From: Candidatus Woesearchaeota archaeon | GTDB lineage: Archaea; Nanobdellota; Nanobdellia; Pacearchaeales; GW2011-AR1 | Direction: 5' to 3' | Assembly (NCBI GenBank): GCA_964430085.1 | Contig: CAYSES010000002.1 | Coordinates: 1 to 41,703 of the forward strand | DNA length: 41,703 bases | Part shown: positions 1 to 8,553 of the stretch, piece after piece | How positions within the stretch are numbered: position 1 is the first letter of the stretch | Layout of the letters: each line of letters opens with the position of its first letter | Notes under the pieces: generated by a model | Databases searched by the model: none | What the model saw: only the letters and a program-made list of their open reading frames with translations | What the model was told of the DNA's origin: nothing | Position numbers and translations under genes: made by a program

Positions 1-47
1 AAATCAATAAGATTTTTCCTGCTTGAGCCTCTTTTTTTATCAACCAT
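1..47 (-). CDS. 5' end of a gene running off the left edge (MVDKKRGSSRKNLID...)
   Basis: ATG at 47 on the minus strand, open to the window edge. It is divergent from ndk across an AT-rich spacer. Too short to assign a function. Confidence 0.3.
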   Translation of the reverse strand, partial: MVDKKRGSSRKNLID

Positions 48-176
48 ATTTTTATATATTACTACTATATATTAATGCTACTTAAGAAAAAGAGATTTAT
101 AAATCTTTTTTTTGGATTTTTAAGAATCTTAAGCAAGAAACAATAACTTTTTAAATAAAAAATTCGGCGAGGATTA

Positions 177-656
177 ATGGAAGAAAGAACTTTAGTTTTA
201 ATAAAACCCGATGGATTAATAAAAAGTTTAACTGGGAATGTAATAACAACATTATCAGAGACAAAATTAAAAATTGTCGCTGCAAAAATTGTTAAAGTAA
301 AAAGAGATTTAGCAGAAAAACATTATTTTGATTTAAAGAAAAGGCTTATTGAAAAATTCGGCAAAGAAAGAGGAGAAGAAGTTTTTGAGAATAATCTTAG
401 ATATATTCAAGGGCAATTTCATACAGATAGGGTTCTTGCACTGGTATATATGGGGGAGAATGCAGTCAAAAAGATACGGCAACTTGCAGGAGAAACAAAT
501 CCTGAGAAAGCGAATCCAATTTCAATTCGTGGGAAATATGGGAGAGTTCATTCAGAAACAAAAGTTTTTGAGAATGTAATCCATTGTTCGGATAGCATTG
601 AAAATGCAAAAAGAGAAATTGAATTATGGTTTAATCCAGAAGAGATTGTTGAATAA
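177..656 (+). CDS. ndk: nucleoside diphosphate kinase
   Basis: RTLVLIKPDG N-terminus, IRGKYG, and active-site NVIHCSDS (N-x-x-H-x-SD). ATG start confirmed in the sequence. Confidence 0.9.
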   Translation: MEERTLVLIKPDGLIKSLTGNVITTLSETKLKIVAAKIVKVKRDLAEKHYFDLKKRLIEKFGKERGEEVFENNLRYIQGQFHTDRVLALVYMGENAVKKIRQLAGETNPEKANPISIRGKYGRVHSETKVFENVIHCSDSIENAKREIELWFNPEEIVE

Positions 657-664
657 AGTTTAGT

Positions 665-1126
665 TTAAAAAGTTCTTATCCATTTAATTTCTTTTAACAT
701 ATGATTCGCATACTCTTCCCATGACTTATAAGCTTTGTAAGAGGATATTGCATCCAAAAGCTGTTTTTCAATTTCATAGAATATATCCTTGGGATGAAAC
801 GGCTTAATATTATCATAATAATCAATAGAATTTTTTAAGACACAATTTTCTAGCTTTTTCCTCTTTTTTCTAATTAGAGCAAATGCTTTTTTTAACTCAG
901 AATCTTTTATTTTTTGTATATCTGTCTCAGAGGGAAAAGGAAAAAAATCAAAAAATTCTTTTAATTTATCCACAGCCTTAAAAAGTTGGATCATATAATT
1001 ATCTTTTTCACTTGAAGGATTTTTATAGAATAATTCGTTTGGATACAGAAGGTCCAATTGAGAATTAAAATTGCATGCGTAACCAATTACCCGTTTCCTC
1101 AATATTTCTTCAATATCTTCATTCAT
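665..1126 (-). CDS. hypothetical protein, translationally coupled to radA
   Basis: ORF 665..1204. The ATG at 1126 (MNEDIEE...) overlaps the radA stop (1119-1121) by 8 nt. The longer form would overlap radA by 86 nt. No recognisable motif. Confidence 0.45.
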   Translation of the reverse strand: MNEDIEEILRKRVIGYACNFNSQLDLLYPNELFYKNPSSEKDNYMIQLFKAVDKLKEFFDFFPFPSETDIQKIKDSELKKAFALIRKKRKKLENCVLKNSIDYYDNIKPFHPKDIFYEIEKQLLDAISSYKAYKSWEEYANHMLKEIKWIRTF

Positions 1127-2099
1127 CAATAACCCCTTTATTTGAAACAAAGAATATTGCTTCATTATCAGGCAAATCTGGGCTGTCAATAAGCTTTGCA
1201 ACACGAGAATCTTTCTTTCCTCTTCTTAGATAAATTCTATAAGTAGAAGCATGTCCAACAATATGACCACCAATAGCAGTTGTTGGATCCCCAAACATCA
1301 TTGCGGGATTTGCCATAACTTGATTAGTGATATAAACCGCTAAGTTATGTTGTTCTGATAATTTCATTAAGGTATGAAGATATTTATTCAGTTTTTGTTG
1401 TCTGTCAGCTAATTGTCCTCTCCCCGCAAACTCTGCTCTAAAGTGTGCGGTTAACGAATCAATAATTAAGAGTTTAATAGGCTCTCCGTTTTTAATCATT
1501 TCTGAAACTTTATCAAGAAGTAAAATTTGATGATCAGAATTAAAAGCTCGTGCAACAAAGATATTTTTCAAAACTTTTTCTGGATTTGCACCAAGTCCTT
1601 CTGCAATTTGTTTTATTCTGTTTGGTCTAAACGTTCCTTCTGTATCAATGAAAACGCATTTCCCATTAGTCCCTCCATCCTCAACAGGAAGTTGTGTTCT
1701 TACGGCCAAAGTTAAACCAAGTTGTGTTTTTCCACTTCCAAAAGCTCCAAATGCTTCTGTAACTGCTCTGCTTTGAATCCCCTTTCCCCCCAAGAGCTCA
1801 TCTAAGTTTTTGCTTCCTGTTGTAATATAAGAAATATTTGCTCTTCTTTCTGCGAATTCTATTCCATCGATAAACCCAAGATCGAGCATTTGTCTTGCTG
1901 CCTGGATTGCTTTTCGTGCAACAGCAGCTCCAACACCAGCAATCTCGCCTAATGTGGTAGGACTCATTACAGCAAGTCCCATTAAATCATAAATTCCTGC
2001 AGCTTCTAATTTTGCTGCAACAGCCGGGCCTATTCCAGGCAAATCAGTTAATTGAGGCTCTCCTTTTTTCTCTTCTTCATCTTCTTTCTTTGCAGCCAT
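1119..2099 (-). CDS. radA: DNA repair/recombination protein RadA
   Basis: N-terminal HhH (LTDLPGIGPAVAAKLEAAG), Walker A GAFGSGKTQ, Walker B LLIIDSL. The 326-aa length is typical of archaeal RadA. Confidence 0.95.
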   Translation of the reverse strand: MAAKKEDEEEKKGEPQLTDLPGIGPAVAAKLEAAGIYDLMGLAVMSPTTLGEIAGVGAAVARKAIQAARQMLDLGFIDGIEFAERRANISYITTGSKNLDELLGGKGIQSRAVTEAFGAFGSGKTQLGLTLAVRTQLPVEDGGTNGKCVFIDTEGTFRPNRIKQIAEGLGANPEKVLKNIFVARAFNSDHQILLLDKVSEMIKNGEPIKLLIIDSLTAHFRAEFAGRGQLADRQQKLNKYLHTLMKLSEQHNLAVYITNQVMANPAMMFGDPTTAIGGHIVGHASTYRIYLRRGKKDSRVAKLIDSPDLPDNEAIFFVSNKGVIDE

Positions 2100-2152
2100 A
2101 TAAAAAGAATCTATAGATAGTTTATAAAGATTATTTGACTATTAGCTATATC

Positions 2153-2608
2153 TTAGAGAATACTAAACTTAGTAAGGAAGATAAATAAATCTACAAATAA
2201 AAAGATTACAAAAATAGACGTTTCTATTAATCCGCCTGTTTTAATTTTTCCTTTTATCCTTTTTTTAACAGGATAAAAAGGTTTAATCCCTTTAATTGTA
2301 AAGCTATCTAAAATTAAATGCAATGAATAACCAAAAACAAAAGGGAGTAGAATCTCTTTAAAAAACAATAGAATAAAAAAGGAAACTAAAAAAAGAAAGG
2401 TAAAACTATGGATTATTCCGCGATGTTTCATAAAAAAATTAAAAATTCTAAACAATTTTATTTTTCCTATTTTTGAAAATTTTGTATCAATATCGGGGAT
2501 TAGTGTAGAAAGCAAAGAAACTGGTAAAAAAAGAAAGGGATTATGGATATACGAAAAAAATAACAGAATAAAAAACAGGCCTATTATCAGGTGTGTCCTA
2601 AAAAGCAT
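2153..2608 (-). CDS. membrane-bound metal-dependent hydrolase, YdjM/DUF457-like
   Basis: Polytopic 151-aa protein with the family pattern: N-terminal TH, IPDID, HRGIIHS and HLILDSFT. Confidence 0.6.
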   Translation of the reverse strand: MLFRTHLIIGLFFILLFFSYIHNPFLFLPVSLLSTLIPDIDTKFSKIGKIKLFRIFNFFMKHRGIIHSFTFLFLVSFFILLFFKEILLPFVFGYSLHLILDSFTIKGIKPFYPVKKRIKGKIKTGGLIETSIFVIFLFVDLFIFLTKFSIL

Positions 2609-2609
2609 G

Positions 2610-3554
2610 CTATTTCTCTAATTCTTTAATTAATAGATCCGGATTTACTTCTTCAATATTTTCTATTATAAATTCAGGTGTATTAAACAAACGGTTATTC
2701 CTAACTGTTCCTGAAAAAAACATTTCCTTACCCAATAAATTTGCTCTTTGATTTGCTAATTCTTCCAAATTTTCAAGTTCAGTCAATCCAAGAGCTGAAA
2801 CATTCTTATGAAATGCTACTGTTCTTATTGTTTCTGTTCCATCATCAATAACTACATTTATTAAAGATCTTTTTTCTTCTACAATTTTCCCATGATCCGG
2901 GCATATGTAACCATTATCTTCAGGATTAACTTTCTTCCCGCAAGTAGGGCAAACATAAAAAAATCTTGGCTCAAATGACTGGACAATAAATGCTCTTATT
3001 TTTACATTATCAGAATTTTTAAGTTCAGAAATATTTTTTTCTCTGAAAACTTTTTCTGTTTTAATTTCATCCATCTTTTCATTTGTAGGTTTTATTTGAG
3101 AAAAACTTCCAAGATGCAATTCATTATCCCTCATACTCCCGTTTGAGATTTCCACAACAACTCCTGGAGCAATCTTTCCTTCTTCAATGAGGCCTATATG
3201 ATTTGTATCCCATAAAACGACTCTTACATTTGAAGTTTCATCCGCTATAAATAAATTTACAACTTTTCCTTCATCTCCTTTCTTAGTTTTAAAAGTTCTT
3301 ACCGGAGAAACATTTATTATTTTCCCAGAAACATTAACTTTCCTCATCCCAGGAAGTAATTCTTCTATCTTTAATTTTTCATTATCAAAAGAAATTCCAA
3401 GTTCCGCAGCGATTACTTGTGCTGCACCTTCTTTACTGATTAAACCAGAAAGTTTTGCACGTTTAGCTTCTACTCTTCTCTCGATTTCTTCTTTTTCTAA
3501 TCCAGATATTTTAGAAATCTTTGTAATTATCCTATCATAATTTTCTTCAGGCAT
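2610..3554 (-). CDS. rpa: replication protein A (ssDNA-binding; OB folds plus Zn ribbon)
   Basis: N-terminal helical ISKISGLEKEEIERRVEAK...GAAQVIAAELGI, OB-fold-like repeats, and a C4-type ribbon CPTCGKKV...CPDHG. Confidence 0.8.
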   Translation of the reverse strand: MPEENYDRIITKISKISGLEKEEIERRVEAKRAKLSGLISKEGAAQVIAAELGISFDNEKLKIEELLPGMRKVNVSGKIINVSPVRTFKTKKGDEGKVVNLFIADETSNVRVVLWDTNHIGLIEEGKIAPGVVVEISNGSMRDNELHLGSFSQIKPTNEKMDEIKTEKVFREKNISELKNSDNVKIRAFIVQSFEPRFFYVCPTCGKKVNPEDNGYICPDHGKIVEEKRSLINVVIDDGTETIRTVAFHKNVSALGLTELENLEELANQRANLLGKEMFFSGTVRNNRLFNTPEFIIENIEEVNPDLLIKELEK

Positions 3555-3643
3555 TTATCGAAAAACAAACAGGTATTTTTAAGTATTTTTATTCAAAAAA
3601 TCTAAAACAGAAACCTTATAAACAATATATATTCAATTAAAAT

Positions 3644-3916
3644 ATGGGTATTGCAGCAGTAAAAATAAAAATTTTGCCTACTTCGCCAGAAGTAGATCTT
3701 GAAAAACTTAAGGAACAAGCAAAAACAATTATAGAAAAAACAGGGGGGAAGAATTGTAATTTTGAAGAAGAGCCTATTGCATTTGGGTTAAAAGCATTAA
3801 TTGCATTTTTTGCTTGGCCTGAAGAATTGGAACTTGAAAGTTTGGAAAATTCTCTTAATAAGATAGAAGAAGTAAGTTCAGTACAGGTTATCGATATGAG
3901 ACGGGCTTTTGGATAA
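3644..3916 (+). CDS. translation elongation factor aEF-1 beta
   Basis: 90 aa starting MGIAAVKIKILPTSPEVDLEKL, the typical archaeal EF-1beta size and N-terminus. A TATA-like cttataaa lies about 22 nt upstream of the ATG. Confidence 0.85.
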   Translation: MGIAAVKIKILPTSPEVDLEKLKEQAKTIIEKTGGKNCNFEEEPIAFGLKALIAFFAWPEELELESLENSLNKIEEVSSVQVIDMRRAFG

Positions 3917-3976
3917 AAAACAGCGATATGTCAAAAAAGCAATAATTTTATTAATTCTTTTACAATTTAGATATTA

Positions 3977-4585
3977 ATGTTATCACAAGAAGAAACAGAT
4001 GAAATAAAACAGAAGATTATTTCTCATATAGAATCTACATTTCCTGAAGAACAAAAAAGTTCAGCGATTAATCAAATTAAATCAATGAATCATGAAGAAT
4101 TTGAAAATTTTTTAAAAAGAAATAATCTCATAAAAAATGAGAATCCAGAACAACCTGAAACTGAGTGTGTCTTTTGTTCTATTGCATCTAACAAAATCAA
4201 TACTTGCATACTAGAAGAAAATAAAGATGCTGTTGCCGTCCTGGATATAAATCCTGTCTCAAAAGGACATACTTTAGTAATTTCAAAAAAGCATACAGAC
4301 ACAGTGGGTAAAGATATACTTGCCTTTGCAAATGATGTTGCTCAGAAGATAAAGAAAAAATTAAACCCAACCAAAATAGAAATTACAAGATCAAAATTAT
4401 TCGGGCATGAGGTTATCAATCTAATTCCAGTTTATAAAAATGAAAATATTAACTCAGAAAGGCACCACGCAAGTATGGAAGAGCTTGAACAAGTAAAAAA
4501 AGAATTAAAAGAAATTAAAAAAATTCTAAAACCGAAAACAGAAAAACTAAAAGATCACGTTTGGTTACCAAAAAGGATTCCATAA
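3977..4585 (+). CDS. HIT-family protein with N- and C-terminal extensions and a divergent histidine triad
   Basis: HIT core CVFCSIASNK...AVAVLDINPVSKGHTLVISKKH. The H-x-H-x-H-x-x position reads GHEVINLIP. Confidence 0.7.
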   Translation: MLSQEETDEIKQKIISHIESTFPEEQKSSAINQIKSMNHEEFENFLKRNNLIKNENPEQPETECVFCSIASNKINTCILEENKDAVAVLDINPVSKGHTLVISKKHTDTVGKDILAFANDVAQKIKKKLNPTKIEITRSKLFGHEVINLIPVYKNENINSERHHASMEELEQVKKELKEIKKILKPKTEKLKDHVWLPKRIP

Positions 4586-5410
4586 ACTTATATTAAAGAA
4601 AATTAAAAAGGCAAAAATAATCAAGCTGATAAGAAAAACTGGTGAAAAAGGAACTCCATTCCTTATCCTTACCTCTCTATATTTTTTGGATAGTTCTTTT
4701 ATTTCTTTTTTTGTGACTCCATCCCATTTAGCTTTTATTATTTTTTTCCCTATCTTAACATCTGAATAAAGCCAATCTCCTTCCCTTAAATATTTGGTTT
4801 TTATCTTTTTAACCATACATGCTTCATCAATCGCTTTGGATGCTATGTACAAGTAAGAAACAAAAAAGACAAACAATCCAAAAATGAAAAAAGTTTTTTC
4901 TAAAAACCCCAAAGATAAAAAGATTACACTGAAAAATAAGATAAAGCACATGAATCTCTTTTTTCTTTTTAATTGATTTGAAAGTTGTTTTCTAAAGGCT
5001 TTAAAATTTCTTATGCAAAGAATAAAACTTGTTGTAATTAAATAAACGAATCCTATAATTAAAAAAAGAAACAAGAAATTAAAAAAAAGTTTTACATTTA
5101 AAGATAAACTGGAATATATCGGAAGGATTGCTCCAAGCGAGATCATCAATTTAGCATCTCCCCCTGCAAAAATTCTTCCATAATAGAATAAATTTCCTAT
5201 GATGAAAAAAATTCCAAAACCGATTATACCACTGTAGAAAAAAGAAAATCCTCCCCCATTAAACAAAGAATAAAAAAATCTAAAACCTAAAGCGAATATT
5301 ACCAAAGAAAAATTTAGCCAATTAGCAATTTCCCTTGTTCTTATATCCTGTATTACAGCAAAGGTTATGTACACTAAAGCTAATATCCATAAAAAGATTA
5401 CCTCATACAT
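4565..5410 (-). CDS. archaeal prepilin/preflagellin peptidase (A24 family, PibD/FlaK-like)
   Basis: Polytopic protein with both catalytic Asp motifs (VIQDIRTREI and FAGGDAKLM). It is the last gene of the pilus operon. Confidence 0.8.
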   Translation of the reverse strand: MYEVIFLWILALVYITFAVIQDIRTREIANWLNFSLVIFALGFRFFYSLFNGGGFSFFYSGIIGFGIFFIIGNLFYYGRIFAGGDAKLMISLGAILPIYSSLSLNVKLFFNFLFLFLIIGFVYLITTSFILCIRNFKAFRKQLSNQLKRKKRFMCFILFFSVIFLSLGFLEKTFFIFGLFVFFVSYLYIASKAIDEACMVKKIKTKYLREGDWLYSDVKIGKKIIKAKWDGVTKKEIKELSKKYREVRIRNGVPFSPVFLISLIIFAFLIFFNISLWNPFW

Positions 5411-5440
5411 AAAAGGTAATACAAATTTAAATTTATAAAA

Positions 5441-5563
5441 CTATTTTGTTTTTTTAGGAAGATTCATTGTTCTCTGAATTCCACCTATTTTATATGGATG
5501 TTTTTTCTTCTCTCTTTTTTTATCTTTTTTCTTTTTCCTATTCTGAGAACAAGCATAATCCAT
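5441..5563 (-). CDS. 40-aa highly basic micro-ORF (MDYACSQNRKKKKDKKREKKKHPYKIGGIQRTMNLPKKTK)
   Basis: Hand-translated and absent from the ORF track. The ATG lies 1 nt after the stop of the upstream pilin-like gene, and TAG is at 5441-5443. No homology recognised. Confidence 0.3.
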   Translation of the reverse strand: MDYACSQNRKKKKDKKREKKKHPYKIGGIQRTMNLPKKTK

Positions 5564-5564
5564 T

Positions 5565-6017
5565 TTAAGAATTAATAATACATTTTTGGCCTTCTTCTAA
5601 ATCATTAGCCAATATGCTAACATCATATTTTCCAGATTCCAGATTCTTAACTCCAGTCTTACTATTAATTATTATATCCCCACAAGCTAGATTGCATTTA
5701 ATAGAAGGACATTCTGGAATGTTATATTTGTCAAATGCTGATATACTTGCCATAACAATACAACTAGTTTTTACTTCAAGATTATCTTCATTAGATCTCA
5801 AGGTTCTTTCTGCAGAGCAAAAACTATATTCTTGCCCCAAACCACATGTAGTCTGACAATCCTCTTTGATAGAATCAACATTAGAAGGACTGATTAATTT
5901 CTTAAGAGGATTCCACCCAAGAGCAAATCCTAAAATTAAAACAACCAAGATAATAACTCCTAAAATAAGAAGAATAAGTGTATTTGTACTTAATCCCTGC
6001 CCCCTTTTATTTAACAT
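5565..6017 (-). CDS. pilin-like protein with class III signal peptide, Cys-rich
   Basis: MLNKRGQG followed by the hydrophobic helix LSTNTLILLILGVIILVVLILGF. 9 Cys in the roughly 110-aa extracellular part. Confidence 0.65.
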   Translation of the reverse strand: MLNKRGQGLSTNTLILLILGVIILVVLILGFALGWNPLKKLISPSNVDSIKEDCQTTCGLGQEYSFCSAERTLRSNEDNLEVKTSCIVMASISAFDKYNIPECPSIKCNLACGDIIINSKTGVKNLESGKYDVSILANDLEEGQKCIINS

Positions 6018-6060
6018 ATTTAATATATGATTATTTTCTTTAAAAATGTTTTTATCTAGT

Positions 6061-6552
6061 TTAAGAATTTAGAAGTTTATACTCTCCCTTACTTTCTCTG
6101 TCGGGGCTATATTTATCAAACCATTTATTTATTTTTTTGATTATCTTTGGTTTTAGGTTTTGTATTTTATAAAATTCGCTTGGGGAGATAATCCTTAATC
6201 CTCTTTCCTTATAAAAATTATAATCTTCTTTATCTCCAAATCTAAGATATACATTTTTCCCCATTAAGATATCATCAATAGGATCAAACCTTATTCCCAT
6301 ATCAATGCAAGTTTCTTTTTTGAAAAAATTAAATTTGTTTACTTCTGTTGGGAAACTTCCGTCTAACCATACCCATTTAGAACATTCACAAACTTGCATT
6401 AAGGTATCATAAGCCATCTGTGACTTAGGATTAATAACATTATATTTTAGAGGAGTTAATTTTAATGTTGGTTTTTGTGTAAATTTTTTATTTAATGTAT
6501 TCATTAAATACCAACAAAAAAACTTTTTAAAAAGATTATGGTTCTCCTTCAT
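6061..6552 (-). CDS. hypothetical soluble protein inside the pilus operon
   Basis: 163-aa ORF with no TM segment or signal. The ATG at 6552 overlaps the upstream gene by 17 nt. An alternative ATG lies at 6504 (MNTLNKK). Confidence 0.5.
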   Translation of the reverse strand: MKENHNLFKKFFCWYLMNTLNKKFTQKPTLKLTPLKYNVINPKSQMAYDTLMQVCECSKWVWLDGSFPTEVNKFNFFKKETCIDMGIRFDPIDDILMGKNVYLRFGDKEDYNFYKERGLRIISPSEFYKIQNLKPKIIKKINKWFDKYSPDRESKGEYKLLNS

Positions 6553-7354
6553 ATTCAGCAGAAAAAGAAATTACTTCTTCAGTCCAAAATAAGAACCCTT
6601 GTGTATCTCTCTTTTCAAAATAATTTCCGCTAATTTGTTTTAGAGCGTTGTATCTTTGACTTATCTCTTCAACAAAATTATCTTGTGCAAAAAGAACATT
6701 ATCACAGCCCCATCCGTTATATCCCCTTAAAGCAGCTTCCCATTCAGAGTAAAGAATATTTTTATTTGAACATCCCTGAAAAACTTTTCCATTTTTGTAC
6801 ATATTATAATCTTCTTTTAAGATTTGAGCACCGATTTCAATATTAAGGTGGGGGTTATTAATTAATTCAGTCTTGCATTTATCTTTATCAGAGGGTAATC
6901 CATAATTTCCGCAATGGATCAGATTTATTTGCATCAGCCCAATAGAACTACTGCTGGCAGCATTAGCCTTGCAGGCTGATTCTTGCATCATTAACGCAGC
7001 TAACAACAGAGGATCATATATCCCATTTTTTGATGCTGATTCAACTATAAAATTGGCATAAGAATCACATTCATCCCCACAATAACAATTCCGGTTGATT
7101 ATGGAAGTTTTTTTTGCATAAGCAAGAGCATTCTTAACCATTACCAAAGGATCTCTAGCATTAATTCCTGTTTGTTTCTCATAAAAATAATTTTCTTCTA
7201 CTTGGGAGTTTAATTTTTTTATGATATTCACGCCAACAAAAGAATCTCTGGCTCTAAGAGTAGATAAAAAAAAACTAATTAGAGCTAATGTACAAACCAA
7301 GATAATACCAATTACCAAGATTGTTATAGAAATGTCTCCTTTTTTATTTTTCAT
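6536..7354 (-). CDS. class III signal peptide fused to a GH23 (SLT) lytic transglycosylase domain
   Basis: N-terminus MKNKKG + DISITILVIGIILVCTLALISFFL. SLT motifs occur in order: MMQESACKANA (catalytic E-S), SSIGLMQIN, AALRGYNGWG. Confidence 0.8.
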   Translation of the reverse strand: MKNKKGDISITILVIGIILVCTLALISFFLSTLRARDSFVGVNIIKKLNSQVEENYFYEKQTGINARDPLVMVKNALAYAKKTSIINRNCYCGDECDSYANFIVESASKNGIYDPLLLAALMMQESACKANAASSSSIGLMQINLIHCGNYGLPSDKDKCKTELINNPHLNIEIGAQILKEDYNMYKNGKVFQGCSNKNILYSEWEAALRGYNGWGCDNVLFAQDNFVEEISQRYNALKQISGNYFEKRDTQGFLFWTEEVISFSAEYEGEP

Positions 7355-7616
7355 CTTCTTTTAAGATGTTGTCAATTATCTCTTTACCCCTGTTATCATC
7401 CAGTTGATGTGCAAATGAAGTTTTTTCTGCTAATAAATCTACATTCTGTTCAGAATTAGGCAAGGGTAAATTCTCAACATTTATTGATTTAACTTTTGAC
7501 ATTAAAAATGTAATATAAATAAAAATCATCAATATCCCAATTATAACAATAGTTGCAACTACCCAAGAGATTGTTTCTCCAACTTGCGCTTTTTTATTTA
7601 ATTTATAATTGTACAT
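7344..7616 (-). CDS. small pilin-like protein (class III signal peptide-like)
   Basis: MYNYKLNKKA + QVGETISWVVATIVIIGILMIFIYITFLM. 11-nt overlap with the downstream gene. Confidence 0.55.
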   Translation of the reverse strand: MYNYKLNKKAQVGETISWVVATIVIIGILMIFIYITFLMSKVKSINVENLPLPNSEQNVDLLAEKTSFAHQLDDNRGKEIIDNILKEDEK

Positions 7617-8133
7617 TTTTCTCAGTCTTCCTTACAACCGCCAAAATTTTGATTATATATTGATTATTTACATCATCAAGAGAATAAAATTTCTTTTCAT
7701 TACATTTTGATAGTCTCTCTTCTTCCTTATTTTCTTGTAATGCACAACTGGTAACCCACCGGTTATCCCCGGCATCAATTTCAAGCAATGTATTTTCTAA
7801 ATCTTCTGGTTTATAAAAATCAACCTTAATATAATACTGTTCATCTTTCCATTCGCTTGAATTAAAGATTAAATGGCATTCTTCCAAAAATTCCTTTCCT
7901 GTTTTATCAATACCTTCACCATTAGAAATTATATCTGTGTTTATCCTCCCTCCGTAAGAAATGCAATTTGCAATTTGGTTAATTAACAAGTCACTTTCTG
8001 TTTCCCTAATATCATACGGAGTTCCATAAAAAATATAGACCATAGCAAAAATAGCCCCCGCTACAATAATTAAGATTGCAAACCAATATACAGATATAAC
8101 TTTGTCGCCCCTCTTATTTGGTATGTATTTCAT
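7603..8133 (-). CDS. pilin-like protein (class III signal peptide)
   Basis: MKYIPNKRG + DKVISVYWFAILIIVAGAIFAMVYIFYG. 14-nt and 4-nt overlaps with its neighbours. Confidence 0.6.
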   Translation of the reverse strand: MKYIPNKRGDKVISVYWFAILIIVAGAIFAMVYIFYGTPYDIRETESDLLINQIANCISYGGRINTDIISNGEGIDKTGKEFLEECHLIFNSSEWKDEQYYIKVDFYKPEDLENTLLEIDAGDNRWVTSCALQENKEEERLSKCNEKKFYSLDDVNNQYIIKILAVVRKTEKNVQL

Positions 8134-8519
8134 TTGTAATTGTTTATTTTGATAATATAATTTTTCTCAGGGTAAATATCAGGATAAGCAGTAACATCAA
8201 CGTCATTAAAAAAAGAATATGTATACCCGCTTTTATCGCTCAGGCGCACAGTGACTGAGTTTCCTTCTATTTTTATTATTTCATCTCTTTTTAATCCGTT
8301 TTTCTCAGCCAAATCCATTGCATCAGCCATGTTCAATTTAAGTTCCATTACTGGACGCGCTGCATCAACTAATAATGCAATGTTTTTTGCATAACTTTGT
8401 TCAAGTAAAACAGCACCGTTGCCTTGTCTAAATAAAAATAAAACAAGTATTGAAATAAAAACTATATTCAATACGATAAAAACTACATTCTCAAGCAAAA
8501 TCGCTCCCTTTTTATTCAT
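8130..8519 (-). CDS. pilin-like protein (class III signal peptide)
   Basis: The ATG at 8519 gives MNKKG + AILLENVVFIVLNIVFISILVLFLF, matching the sibling genes. A longer ATG at 8540 is also possible. Confidence 0.65.
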   Translation of the reverse strand: MNKKGAILLENVVFIVLNIVFISILVLFLFRQGNGAVLLEQSYAKNIALLVDAARPVMELKLNMADAMDLAEKNGLKRDEIIKIEGNSVTVRLSDKSGYTYSFFNDVDVTAYPDIYPEKNYIIKINNYK

Positions 8520-8553
8520 CTTAATAAAAAAGAATACCATCTACAAAACCAAT

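Noticed and set aside
3560-3582. aaaaacaaacaggtattttt in the RPA/EF-1beta divergent promoter, which resembles half of the AAACAGCTGTTT motif
   Set aside because: It is a single half-site with no palindromic partner, so a chance match is likely in AT-rich DNA.
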